Made by a program: the position numbers and the translations under genes. Shown piece by piece: positions 36,560 to 50,764 of a stretch of DNA of 64,000 nucleotides. The notes beneath the pieces were generated by a model that had not been told where the DNA came from, made no database searches, and worked only from the letters and a program-made list of their open reading frames with translations. Numbering within the stretch: position 1 is the first letter of the stretch; each line of letters begins with the position of its first letter. Source of the stretch: Octopus sinensis (Eukaryota). The stretch spans positions 113,770,001-113,834,000 of the forward strand of contig NC_042998.1 in the NCBI RefSeq assembly GCF_006345805.1, written 5' to 3'.

Positions 36560-37650
36560 CAACCTGAGATTGTAGAATAATCCAATAAGACAATGTCCCA
36601 CAATACATTTGCACTATCAGCGCTGATTCCAACATTTGGGATACCTGACTGGTCTGTAGAAGAAATCCACTCGACAAGTATTAAAACCCGCAAGATTCTG
36701 AAGGAAGGATTATGTAAATATTTAGAGTACTGGAATAATGATATCAACAGGCTCTACTTAAGAAGATATAAGGGAGGTAGAGGCTTAGGGTAGTGCAGAC
36801 AGCCTTCAAATGTCGTATAGTTTCTCTTAGACAGCACTTGCTAAACAACAAAAGCAAAATTAAATACATTAGCCTAGTGCTGAAAAGGGAAGCAAACAAT
36901 ATCTTTCGTGTTGGAAGCGAGCTTCTCAGGATCCAATCCCCAACATCAGTAGCCTTGTTTAATGAGCAGTTATTCTTATATTCATACGAACTGGGGGATA
37001 AAAGCAAGATCATATTTGTCTCAAGCTCGAATTTAACACGCAGATAATCCCTACAAAGATTTCTAGACACACCATCTTCTACAACATTGGTGATGAATCA
37101 TGGAAGGATAAAATGAGTAAACAAAAATGGTATTATAGTTGTAGACAAATTAAAATTAATCGAAATTATAAGCGACTTGTGTAGGTTGCTTGGAAAACAT
37201 TTTCCCATAGTTATCTATATAAGTACAATGAAAAGTATACATTGCCTGAGATAAATGATTTCACGATAAAAAAAAATGATGTCAGTAGAAAAGATTTGTT
37301 GAACAAATGGGGAATGATGCTGATAGTAATTTTATGTCTAAAAGTCAGAACAATCCACCGGTAGAAGTAAACGAAATCCCTATGAATAGACGACACATCC
37401 ATACAAAAATAATGGCACAATGTGTTGACAGACACCAGCCTCAAGCTCGAGAGGAAGCACGTATGTGGCGGACCTACAAGAAAACGCGTACGAATCTTCT
37501 GTAACAACTATTATCTTCAAACTCTTGAATTGTTGAATACATACCAGAAAAGAAAAGGATAATCAGGGCTTGAACGTCGGTCGAATGATTATCGACCCAC
37601 AGAAATATCTGCAAGCGCGAATGCCATCTGAGAGAGACAGGAGGAACGAG
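36560..37650 (+). mobile_element. Degraded R4/Dong-like fragment (RT tail towards RLE)
   Basis: NTFALSALIPTFGIPDWSVEEI..KTRKIL..DINRLYLRRYKGGRGL. Similarity weakens downstream, so the 3' boundary is approximate. Confidence 0.7.
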
Positions 37651-38309
37651 TTTGCTCAGAATACCCTCAAAAGAGGTTTTACAAAGTCTACTTCATATCT
37701 ACACAACTGCATATAGAAAAACAGACAAAATTTGCAAATGTTCCCATAAAATCACACATTGCAGGTAAATAAAAAGACAGACATCATAAACGAAATCAAT
37801 GATTACTGATGTAGAGAGAGAATCTATACAATGATGTAATAATCATTCCTTTTAGAGAAATAATCACCTGTTTATATTCATTTCCTGCAACTATTAAGCA
37901 GTATTTGAAGGTATTAAAGGAATAAAAAGAAAAAAAGCCACTGTGGATTTGAAAGAACAAACAAAATACATAAAAACTTAATTGTTCTACCGAAGGTCAT
38001 CATATATGTAGCGATGCTCGTCAACCGTAAACACGCAAACACCTACATTTTTATTGTTGCTATTGATGTTATATTTATTGCTGTCATTGTTGTTATTGTT
38101 TTCATCATTTTATACTTCAGAAAAAAAAAATTCAAATTAAGGCGACAGATAGTGTTTTCGTGTCATTACCGCCTCTCGACCGGACTGAGCCCCGGGACGA
38201 TGGAACTCCGGGACCACAATGCGCGTTCGAGGTGTAGATGTCCGCTGAGTCCTGCAATTCGCATCAGTTCGCACGAACTGGCTGAGGGATCTCATCCAGG
38301 GTTTCAGTA

Positions 38310-38439
38310 GGTGTCGCCTTCGCTGTATGGCAAGAAGTTTGTTTTCCAACTGCATGCCACTGCGTGACACCTTGACCAAGTGTCTTCTACTGTAGCCCTG
38401 TGAGTAGATTCGAAAGACGGAAACTGAAAGAAGCTCGTC

Positions 38440-38534
<95 letters not shown>

Positions 38535-39025
38535 ATATATATATAGTTAATCCAACCAGAAAGCACAAAATAACACAACAACGCGAGGACGTGGAACAAA
38601 TATAGTATTATTGGACGCTCAGGAAAGAAGAAAGAAGGAGGGTTTAACGTTACGAGCGGAGCTCTTCGTCGGAAACATAGGAGAAGGAAAGGTCCGGAGA
38701 AGGGAAGACAGAGGAAAAAAATGTATATATATATACATATATATATATACATATATATATATACATATATATATATACATATATATATATGTATACATAT
38801 GTATATATATATATGTGTGTGTGTGTGTGTTTGAGTGTATTTGTCCCCCCCCCACCACTTGACAACTAGTAATTTAGCGGCTTGGCAAAAGACCCCGATA
38901 AAATAAGTACCAGACTCTACAAAAAAAATAAACTGAGGTCGATAAGTTCGACTAAAATTCTTCAAGGCGGTGCCCCAGCATGGCCGCAGTCTAATGACTG
39001 AAACAAATGAAAGATAAAAGATTTC
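38310..39025 (+). mobile_element. Type-C SINE split by an insertion in its internal (TA)n
   Basis: 5' half at 38310-38452 (gacaccttgaccaagtgtcttctac), 3' half at 38825-39025. Confidence 0.8.
38546..38722 (-). mobile_element. Short hammerhead-bearing element, family H1
   Basis: GTTT-CCGACGA-A-GAGC-TCC-GCTC-GTAA-CGT-T-AAAC (38642-38676, two core substitutions). 3' end TTGGATTAAC|(TA)n is identical to the 63236 copy. Confidence 0.8.
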
Positions 39026-39697
39026 AGAATATGTTGGGAAGTTTCACAGGATACTTATCACTACATATTAGATACAAATTAGATAAACACCTTAATGGGA
39101 TTATACTTCTATTTCTTATAGCAACATTTTCTCGTTATGGGTTACATTTATAACTTGTTGGATTAAACGAACAATAACAAGACATACAGGTAAATATGGA
39201 AAGAAAGGAGAAAAAGAGAGAAATTGTGTAAGAGTAAGACAAACTAAAGGAGTAGAAGAAAGGTAAAAGAAAATGTGATAGAGAATAAGACAGAGGATAA
39301 AATGTTTGATTTAACATCTCTATGGTTTCAAATTTCATTCCGCGGCATCATTGGATTGATTATAGCTTTTAAAGGCTATATTTTGTAGAAAGAGTGGGAA
39401 AGTCTATCACTGGAACGTTTTCATTCTTTATCCAAGTTGTCGCCTGGTTCGTCACAGCCTAGGTGTTTTTAGAGATTCCACTTTGTTGCGAGCATTCAGG
39501 ATATCTCAGTGTCTGAGAATAACTTTCTCCCTTTCTGCCACCAGTTACGGAGGCCCCGAAAAGCAATATAGGAAGATTATGGACAGCGCAAGACTCTACT
39601 CTGATTAAGCTATTGAAGAAAGAATGAAAGACTGGAATAAACGACCATAAAATTAAAGAAAACACAACCGTTCAGGTTTTGTTCAAGTATATTTTTT

Positions 39698-40620
39698 ATC
39701 AGGTGTCTTGGGGAAATTTCGAACCTGGGTTCACATTCCTAAGGTATTTTTCGATGTTATTATTATTATTATGTTTATTTTTATTCAGGTTACAGTCTGG
39801 AATCGAACTCAGAATCTTGGGGTTAGTAGCCCGCGCTCTTAACCCCCTACGCCATATGCCCGTGGACAATTAGGGAGTGAATTTTTTAGGGATTATAAAA
39901 CTAATATTTTCCTATCTTTCCTTAATACTGGTTCCCATATGCTGTTCATATCTGTACTTGGTCTGCGTAGCAGGTTGTATCCTAGCATATGTACTGCCTC
40001 TTTTAGTTTTCGTATTTTCCAGTGGTGTTCTCTGTCTATTATTCTAATTTCATCCCACAGGAAGGGGGGATCTCCATTTTTCCATACATGATCAGCTATA
40101 CCCGATTTATCAATATCTCCTCATGTCACAGCTTTGCAATGTTCGTCTACCCTTATTTTGAGGGGGAGGCATGTTTCGCCATTGCATAACCTACCACAGC
40201 TGCATGGGATAGAGTACATACAGTCTTTGATCATATTCTCTTCTGTTGGTGGTTTTACTCGAAAGAGATATTTGCGAAGTGTTGTATTACTCTTGAATAC
40301 TGTCCTGATGTCATATGGGCCGCATATCTTTTGTATCTTTCCGGAGAGGCCTTTCACATAGGGTAGACAGACTGTGGACAGTTCATTAGTTTCATCCCCT
40401 CTTTTCTTCATAATTGGAGTGGATAGTATGTTTTCGGGGTAGTTGTTGCTTAATAGATTGTTACTGAGCTTGATCATTTCTTCGTGGTGGGTATCACGAT
40501 AGCTACTTATATTCTTTACTCGATGTTTTAGGCACTGAGCAATCCCTCTCTTTACAGTGTACATAATTCTTCATCTCTTAAATATAGAACTGAAAGCTAA
40601 ATGTGTTGGAAATAATCGAT
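39698..40620 (-). mobile_element. Penelope-like element 3' fragment: RT thumb, GIY-YIG endonuclease and 3' region
   Basis: VCLPYVKGLSGKIQKIC..IRTVFKSNTTLRKYL..CMYSIPCSCG..GET..LKIRVDEH..SGIADHVW, the characteristic PLE linker and GIY-YIG; disrupted. Confidence 0.92.
39788..39861 (-). other. tRNA-like sequence (A and B boxes) inside the PLE 3' region
   Basis: GGGCATATGGCGTAGGGGGTTAAGAGCGCGGGCTACTAACCCCAAGATTCTGAGTTCGATTCC. The acceptor stem is not closed, so this is not a functional tRNA. Confidence 0.75.
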
Positions 40621-40649
40621 ACTAATCAATGAACAATATAAGAGAAGAA

Positions 40650-40900
40650 TCCTGGCCCAGTTGGTAGAGTATTGCCCTCATGATCGTGAGATCATGGTTT
40701 CAATTCTCAGACGGGCAGGGCGTTGCGCTCTTGAGCGAAAACCTTCACTTCACATTGCTCCACTTAGTTCTAAATAGGCAACCCTGCGGTGGTCTACTGC
40801 TCTGTCCAGGGAAAATGTTTTCCTGCCCGTGGGATGGCATCATTAATAGCCACATTAGTGTCGGGAAGTGCATTGTGCCCAGCGGTGTATAACAACATCC
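40650..40900 (+). mobile_element. Degraded tRNA-head SINE with CORE-like body
   Basis: tggcccagttggtagag..ggtttcaattctc..ctcttgagcgaaaaccttcacttcacattgctcc; 3' gcattgtgcccagcggtgtataacaacatc. Confidence 0.7.
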
Positions 40901-41254
40901 AATATTCTTGTCGATTCAGTGATGTCTCTTCATTTTTCCAGCAAATACGTGAGACAGCTATACTCCTGTTTCAATCTTACTCTTATTCCTTCAGTGAATC
41001 AGAGTTATCATTTTACTTACGAACTGATGAACGAATGACTAAATAAAGGCATACAATTGCTCATTTGTTGGAATCAGAAGATATATTTTCTAAACAATAA
41101 TAAAAATAGTTTAATGTTTTATTAAATATAATATCAAATATGATATCATGTGATATTCCTGCTTACAGTCAATGTATATTATAAGCAATTCAAGTGGAAA
41201 CGATTGCGACGTATTTCTTCAGTTTTCTCGCAAGCATACTTAATTACAATAATG

Positions 41255-41292
<38 letters not shown>

Positions 41293-41377
41293 CATACCCG
41301 GAGACACGTGTATGTGCGTATATGTATATGTACATATATCCAGATATATTTATACGTATGTGTTTGTATATGTACAT

Positions 41378-41379
41378 AG

Positions 41380-41447
<68 letters not shown>

Positions 41448-41535
41448 GTCTGTCTGTCTGTCCGTCCGTCCGTCCGTCCGTCCGTCCGTCTGTCTGTCTG
41501 TCTGCATGCCTGTCTGTCTGTCTGTCTATATATCT
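41378..41535. repeat. (TATC)(TGTC)(CGTC) compound repeat
   Basis: Direct reading. Confidence 0.95.
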
Positions 41536-42221
41536 ATCTTCACAATGTCCACCTATACAATCCGTACTTTGCCATATCATGTATATTTCTATAATCTCCA
41601 TCTTCGATTTTATTCTTCTTCATCTACTTCCTTCATTCCTCTCATCATCATCCTCATCATCCTCATCATCATAATCGCTATACCGCTTCTCCTCATCCCC
41701 GTCCTCATCAACATCATCATCATCATTAGCATCATCGAGTTCATTGTCGTCGTCACGATGATGATGAACATGATCATTGTCACCACCACCACCACCACCA
41801 CTATGGTTGTAATCATCATCATCATCTTCGTTTTTTTCCCCTTTCCTTTCATATTTCAAAAGTTATTTATGCTCGAATCAGTAAGTGATGTCAATAAAAA
41901 ATGAAAATCTTTCACTAAAAGGGGCAAAGCATTGGAATGAGCAGAAGGTTATTTATTATATCTTTGCTTAAAGAACAAGCGAAGGGAAGCGGCTGTACTA
42001 ACTTACACCGACAAAAAAGATAATGGTAGCACTTTCAGAGACAGTAATTCGACAATTTGTTCAGTGAATCGACTCCGATGACATTCCATGTCATATGAAT
42101 AATAATAAAAAATGTATAGAAGAAAGAAAAAAAGAAAGGAAGAGAGAGAGAGAGGAAAAAAGAAAAAAAGCTTTCACGCGATTAAAGACAATTTTCGTCA
42201 ATTTCACACAATCGTAATTCA

Positions 42222-42276
<55 letters not shown>

Positions 42277-42734
42277 GCGTCTTCTTCTTCTCTTCTTCTT
42301 CTTCTTCTTCTTCTTCTTCTTCTTCTCTACACTTTCCACTAAATCTTGAAAAATAATACCACCCCTCTGTTATTGGTAAGCATTGTTCTCTTGTTGTTTT
42401 CATGGTTGTTTTCATTCTATCTTCAATGTAGATGCGTTATTTTTGCTTCTTATTTGCGATGTTATTGTTGTTCTTATTGTTGCTGTCGTAGTTGTTGCTG
42501 TTGATGGTGTTTATTTCTTATTTCATCCGGATACAAAATGGTGATTGCTTGCCTACAGATTTCACAAACCGATACGATATCACGGGGTGGTTAAATGCAT
42601 TATTTCTAGTGTTTTGTATTATATTTTTATGTCTGTTTAATGACTTAAAATGAATTTATCCTTTACATTTGTTTAGGATATTTTTGTTCACATTTGTTTA
42701 CATTATTATATTATTATTATTATTATTATTATTA

Positions 42735-42786
<52 letters not shown>

Positions 42787-43072
42787 GTTGTTGTTATTGT
42801 TGCTATATTTTAAAAAATATTTATTTATTTATGTATTTCAATGTTATCAATTTTACGTCTCAGTAACTTACACCAACATCTGAATAACGTCTGATCTGCT
42901 GAAGAAATAAACTGTCTTTGAAAATATACTTAATTTCGTCAATAAAGATTTAAAGGTGGGTGGGAAACCAACATTTTTTCTAACCATAAATAAATCTTAA
43001 CAATGAGAGAAACAATAGCAGCAAAAGTGAAATCAACGGTGAGAAAAACAACAACTACAACAACAACAACAC

Positions 43073-43117
<45 letters not shown>

Positions 43118-43763
43118 TAATAATAATAATAATAATAATAAAAAGAAAACGAGACAATGGAGGCATGTGTTATTTATGAAATGTTTGTTTTAAACAACAA
43201 ACTGAATTAAGTCAGATATTTGTTGTTGTAGACTAGGACATACTTAAAGATGTCAAATCACTTGAGAAGTGTTAGTTCAGTTATTTTTGCGATAAAGAAA
43301 CTAAACTGAAGAGAAATCCATTTGGTAAAGAAGGAAAGGATTATGTGTTTATTTTTAAAAATATTTTTCTAGATAGCCACACGCTGCATTGTCTTTCTGT
43401 TCCACTGTTGGTCGTTGCATCGTAGTCGAACCCATGAGAGTACAGGCTGTATTGATGTTGGTGGTGATGGTACAGATGCTGGGTAGCAGTAATGGTCTGG
43501 CGGAGTTGGTAGTGATGGGGATTAGTGTTTGTGCTTGTGGCCTTCGCGATGGTGATTATGGGGTTGATGGTATTTTATTACGTTGTATTTTGGGGGTTAA
43601 ATTTGTATTTATATTTGTCAATTACGTACCTCAGTATTTGTTTTTGACTAGGGTTTGTTTTAATTCACAGTATTTCAGTTATTTTTTAATCGCCTTTTAT
43701 AGAAGAGCTCTCGCAATGGATTTTACACAGACGTTACACAAAGTATTCCCTTATATCTATCTA

Positions 43764-43855
<92 letters not shown>

Positions 43856-43871
43856 TTGTCTGTCTGTCTAT

Positions 43872-44145
<274 letters not shown>

Positions 44146-44760
44146 ATCCATTTATCTATGACTGTATGTATAGAATGAAAGTATGTATAGAATGAAAGTA
44201 GACAAGCATAAATTTTATATGTAGTTAATTCTGCAATTGATTTCAACAGCTGTTTCATTAAGATAAACGTTACTAAATGTATAAGTAAATAATTGTGATA
44301 CATAATTAATTTACATTATTTTAATTTAGATTAAATTAGTTTAAAAATGTGCATAGCTTAAATCATCAGGAATATCATGTGTTATGTTAATAAGACAGAT
44401 ATATACACAGGAACATACATAAGCTTGAAATGTAGAACTTTATACATGCTCGATTTCGGTTGAGCGTTCTGTATCTAGTTCTGGAAATTGTCTTTTTTAA
44501 GCGACAGACTATGCTGACGATCTTGCAGGTATTTGCGTGTTTGCATACGTAGATATTAACAAGTGAAGCCATTGGTACGTAGGTAATTGTTTTTTATTTC
44601 GTATATTTTCATTTGTCTTGCTCATTTTTATATTTTTGCGTTTTGCTGAGATTTTTCTTAAGAACACATTCTTCGTGGTAATGGTGATTTGACGTCTATG
44701 TTTAGCATATTAGGTGTCCACTTTAGTGGTCATTCCTCTTATTTTTGTATATATATATAT

Positions 44761-45062
44761 AGAGGCGCAATGGCCCAATGGTTAGGGCAGCGGACTTGCG
44801 ATCGCAGGATCGCGGTTTCGATTCCCAGACCAGGCGTTGTGAGTGTTTATTGAGCGAAAACACCTAAAGCTCCACGAGCTCCAGCAGGGGGTGGTGGCGA
44901 TCCCTGCTGTACTCTTTCGCCACAACTTTCTCTCACTCTTTCTTCTGTTGGCCTGCTCGCTTAGCCTGCGGGGTGGCATTATTTGAAGGCTAAAGCAATG
45001 CGAAGCGCATTGTGACCAGCGATGTGTAGAAACATTTGATAGCCTGGTCGGTCACGGTGATC
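44761..45062 (+). mobile_element. Full-length tRNA-derived SINE
   Basis: First ~185 bp match 5197-5390; different 3' module (gcgcattgtgaccagcgatgtg..ggtcggtcacggtga). Confidence 0.9.
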
Positions 45063-45139
45063 ATATATATATATATATATAGTTCGAATTTACAAAAAAA
45101 AAACAAAACAAGACGAAGACGGGTGTGCATACATACATC

Positions 45140-45193
<54 letters not shown>

Positions 45194-45224
45194 AATCGCC
45201 AATGACACACGTACCTACACATGT

Positions 45225-45390
45225 ACCGTTGGTGGCAATTTCTACTTCTTCTTTGGACTTTTCCCTTTCTGCTTTCCGATGAAGAACTATGTCCGAAGCG
45301 TTAAAATCTCTCCTTTCACTGAGCGTCAAGCTGAAATACTTCTTTTGCACGTCCTTACGTTGGTTGTTTTCTTTCTTTCATTTTTTTATC
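45225..45390 (+). mobile_element. Degenerate family H1-like element
   Basis: ggtggcaatt..CTTT-CCGATGA-A-GAAC-TAT-GTCC-GAAG-CGT-T-AAAA (45272-45306)..ctgagcgtc. Confidence 0.65.
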
Positions 45391-45699
45391 CGTTTATTTG
45401 AAGTGATTATTTACTGCACGCTCACACAGACTGTCCTCATCCTTCCGACTGTTTTGGAGTACCTGATTCATGGATTTCTTACTCTACCCTTGGATTATGT
45501 CATCTTTTGATTCATTCAGAGTACTTTGTTTCTGCAACTTTGATTATATATATATATATATATATATATAATATGTGTGTGTATGTATATATATATATAT
45601 GTACATATTTATATACACACATGTGTGTGTGAGTGACAGTTTGTGTGAGTTGTGAGTACTTTTTTTTAGATTTTATTTAAATATTTCTCAGAAATAACT

Positions 45700-45900
45700 C
45701 TACATCACTTTTCAAGCACCTAGTGATAGCTGTCTACTCTTCCTCAACTTACACTCTACCTTCTTAAATAAAATAACGAAAAACTGGCTAATATAATCCC
45801 GGCACACGGAAATATTAACAACGTAAAATGGGTTAGCCACAGTTGAAAAAAGAACGTTTGTTGGATCAGAACAGCCCTGCAGCTAAGTTAGAACAACAGC
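45700..45900 (+). mobile_element. Degraded type-N SINE-like repeat followed by a (CAA)-rich tail
   Basis: agaaataact..cttcctcaacttacactctaccttcttaaa..ggatcagaacagccctgcagctaa. Confidence 0.5.
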
Positions 45901-46763
45901 AAAAACAACAACAATAACGACAACAGCGGCAGTAATAATAAAAACAAAAACACCAGTAACAAAAGAAACAACAGCAGCAACTACAAACAACAAGAACAAA
46001 CCCAGAAACCACAGCAGAATTGGTGTTGTGTTTGTTTTTGTCTTTCATGTCATGTAATAATTACCTTAATGTAGTTTTTTTTTTTTACTATATGTTATTT
46101 GCTGCGTTATAATGAATTTAGTCAAACATAACACATACACACATATATAGACATAAATAAATACAACTGCAAACATACACGTATACTCACACTCTATACA
46201 TAAACATACGCAAATAAGCAACATTCACACGCACAAGGAAATCGAAGCAAAAACTACAGCCTATACTAGCATAATTAAAGCGTCAAACGCACGCATGAAA
46301 CACGTATATACGTTGATAAAGACGCCTTTCTAGGGATCGTATTCTTCGATTATGTGTGTTTAGTAGTGTGTGTGTACACACACACACACACACGCACACT
46401 GAGACACACATATATATACGTGTGCGGAAGAATATGTCTGTGTTTACATTTCGCTACATAGATACACACACATCCACAGATAGAAGAGTATAGATGGTTG
46501 CGTGCATTTTCTTTCGATTCATAAAGTTTATATTTCAAATGCACGCGTGCGTATGACACCACGCATGCATGTTCGCTGACATGCTTATACATATAAGATA
46601 TACATAGATATATGCATAGATACATATATATAAATATGGATATATATATATATGCATATATGCATATATAAATATATATACATACGCGAATATAAATACA
46701 TACATATACGTATATATATATATATATATATATAAATATATACGTATATCCATCCATCCATCC

Positions 46764-46938
<175 letters not shown>

Positions 46939-47131
46939 CATATATGCATACACGGGAATATATATATATACTTATTTATACTTACTTATGTGAGTGTGCG
47001 TGTATGCGCGCATATATCTGTTTATTCACGCACACATATATATGTATACAATACATAGATTGTATACATACATGCATACATACATACATACATAAATACA
47101 TACTTACATACATACATACATACATATATAC

Positions 47132-47212
<81 letters not shown>

Positions 47213-47886
47213 CGTATATATAAACGTATATATAAACACATAATACGTATATTCCCGCGCACGAGCATAGACATCTAACGCATCACATGCAAAATATATT
47301 TTTTCGAGTGTTGATTTGCTGACGACAAAACGGATGTCAACACAGGAAGATTATCCTGAAAATTAGAATTTAACAAAATTAAATAAAATACAACGAAATA
47401 AATATAATAAAGAGAAATGTAACAAATTTCTGGTTTTTCGTCAGATTCATAACAGCAGCCAGATATACCAAATACGCGGATATCAAATAAAGTCAACACA
47501 AACAACAAAAGATAAGCATGAACAGCATTTCAACACCAGCTGTACTCTTACTGCTTCCACCACCTTAATAACAAGGAAACACAGCAACAATCACCATTAC
47601 AACAACTGCGACCATCATTATACCGTTCTCACCATCAGTATCAGCGCTGCCAAGAACAATCACAAGAACGACGTCTGTATTTAACAATAAAAATAAAAAA
47701 AAAATTATTTGGAACAGCAAAAATACCAGCGACAGCAAAGAAAAAAAAATTGTATACCACATACATGTGCATATGTATACTTGCATACATACATACATAT
47801 ATTCATACGGGTATGTATGGTGGTATAATTGTGCCTATATGTCTATATATAAGCATATCGATATGTTCATATACATATACATACAC

Positions 47887-47980
<94 letters not shown>

Positions 47981-49761
47981 TATATTGTATATATATCATA
48001 CACACACACATATATATATGCTTATATTATATGTTTATATATGTATATATATATATATGTGTATATATATATATGTATTTATATGTATATATATATGTAT
48101 ATAATTTATATATATTATATATATATGTATATATACATGTATATATACATATATACATATATATAGCTTTATATATGGATACATAATATAGAATCATGTA
48201 AAATAAATGATATATAAGTATGCATATGTATATAATGAGTACATACATAGATATATGTATATATATATATGTGCGTGTGTGTGTTTGTGTAGATATATGT
48301 ATATATATATATACACGCATACACACTTTCACACACACACACACATATATGTATATAAACTAACAAACCTCTTTAAATTACATACACACTACACCACTAT
48401 GTATATATGATATGTATGCATTTAATTATATTTTTAGATACCTACACAGAAAATACAAATGTAAAAAGCACTAAGAAACTTTTAGTTATTTCATTTCATT
48501 TTATATTTCATGACAAGCCAAGTATTGTAAACCGTAAGAACATTTATCAGGTATGAACAGTTGCCTTTGTTAGATATATGCTTACATAGCAGTAAGAGGA
48601 TTATATAATATTGTTTAATATCATAAACTAAAATAAAACTTTAATAAGTATTCTCTACATTAATAAGGTATGTAAAATCAAATATTTTGCATACATATAC
48701 TCTCTCTCTATATATATTTGATCATACACACATATATACACAGACACACACTCACTCTCACACACACAATCACACATATATACATATATGCATATATGTA
48801 TATATGTATATATCAGACACGTGCCGTCAGTAATTACTCAGGGTAGGTAGTTGGCGACCTTTATATAGTAAAACGCCTAAAAAAATAAGCGAAATATAAG
48901 CGCGCGACTGAGTTGAAGGCAGATCCATTTCTGCTTTTATAGTACGTTAAGAAAATGGTGTTGTAGAAATATACGCAGAACCTGTGCTACAGCAGTACTA
49001 TGCGTGTGTTAAATACTGTGACTAAAAAGCAGGGGCGAATTATTACTACTTAATCTACAAAAAGATAAAACATTTTGCATTTTATGCATAGTAATCAGAC
49101 TAACCGTCACAATTTTATTGAATTAGGTGCATATTTTGCCATGAAAGAAAAATGTTGCTATCGATCTATTTTATTCAAGGCAGGTACTGCCGACCTTGCT
49201 TACCTCGGTTGCATGTCTCTTGTATATATGTATTCCCGTGTGTATAGTCCTTTAGGAGAGTTCTTCACCTCTCCTTCGCGTTACCCATTTTTGTATTGTC
49301 TTGCAGTCCTAAGGCTTTTTGTTTTGCTGTATATGTATTATTATCATTTTAACTGTTGTCTTCCTGTGGCCCTTAGCCTTAATTCCCTTTATTCTGTTTA
49401 TTGCCCGTCCACTAACGGTCTCGTCTCGAGCCCATCTTGTTTTGCTATGTTTTGGTCCCTTTCCCAGCAAGTTTCTTGCCGGTGCCTCCAGAGTGGAAGC
49501 AATATTATTGATAACGATCGAAATTGTGCTTGACCTTCTGTGTTTTCTGTTCATTTGTGTTTTTAGTATATGTTCGTATGTTTATTTACTACAGGAGTTA
49601 AAAAAATGTTATATGCATATGTATGTATATATGCATGTACGAGTGTATATATGTCTCTATTTATATGTGTATATATATATGCATGAATACGTGCACATGT
49701 ATGTATATATATACATGTACATATGTATATAAATATATATATATACATACATATATATGCA

Positions 49762-49799
<38 letters not shown>

Positions 49800-49823
49800 T
49801 ATACGTATGTATATTATATATAT

Positions 49824-49882
<59 letters not shown>

Positions 49883-50056
49883 ATATGTGTGTATTCAAAG
49901 TATGGGGGTTTAGTTCACATGTGATCTAAACGACTAGGTACGCTAGGTTGTGCTGTAACGGATTACCAACTGCAAGACTGAATTTTTCCAATAATAATAG
50001 CGTATATGACTTAGATGTTTGTCTTTCCTTAACGTTTGTTTTTCTCTTTAACAAAC

Positions 50057-50122
<66 letters not shown>

Positions 50123-50163
50123 TATATATATATATATATATATGTTAATCTTAATCTTATTTC

Positions 50164-50210
50164 GGCCATAGTTTCTTTCGTCACACTCCTGTGACCGCCA
50201 TCAGTGGTCC
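50164..50210 (-). ncRNA. Candidate degenerate hammerhead of a third family
   Basis: GGACCA-CUGAUGG-CG-GUCAC-AGGAGU-GUGAC-GAAA-G-AAA-C-U-A-UGGCC; lies in a ~120-bp insert between (TA)n runs. Confidence 0.5.
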
Positions 50211-50764
50211 TTTGTTTTCTTCTTTCTTATTAGTGTCTCTCCATACTAACCGTCAGTCATTTTATATACATATGTATATATATATACACACAAATATATA
50301 AATATATATGTATATATTCTATCTATCTATAAATTAATGTCCATACCCATCTCTTTGCTGATGTGTCTCCAGCCAAATCCAGAGATGAAACTGTATAACG
50401 ATACATTTAGTCATATACATACACCCACTCATCCATCCACACACGTGCGCACAGTCGCTCACACATATACACAAAAGATTTTGGAAAAAGTTTCAAAACC
50501 GGTTGCCAAAAATTTCTGTTGATTGACTTTAGGTATTCATGCGTCAAGAAACTATCCAGAAGAAATCTCTGCTGATGACGATAGTTAGACAAGTTACCAG
50601 AGCTACAATCGAAGTGTATTACTGGCTTCTTCTATATCTTTCTTTTCTCAAACCGACAATTGAAATACGATGGACAGCCGTTTATATACATGTTACTTAC
50701 CACCCTCGCCCTCCATCGAACGCCTCCTTACATATCTACCTACCTACATACATATATATTGGAA

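Noticed and set aside
39788-39861. Functional tRNA-Ser gene
   Set aside because: Acceptor stem does not pair and there is no long variable arm; kept only as tRNA-like. SINE heads were likewise not called tRNAs.
48810-49220. Possible TIR element starting CAGACACG
   Set aside because: Only 5 bp of terminal complementarity; no TSD
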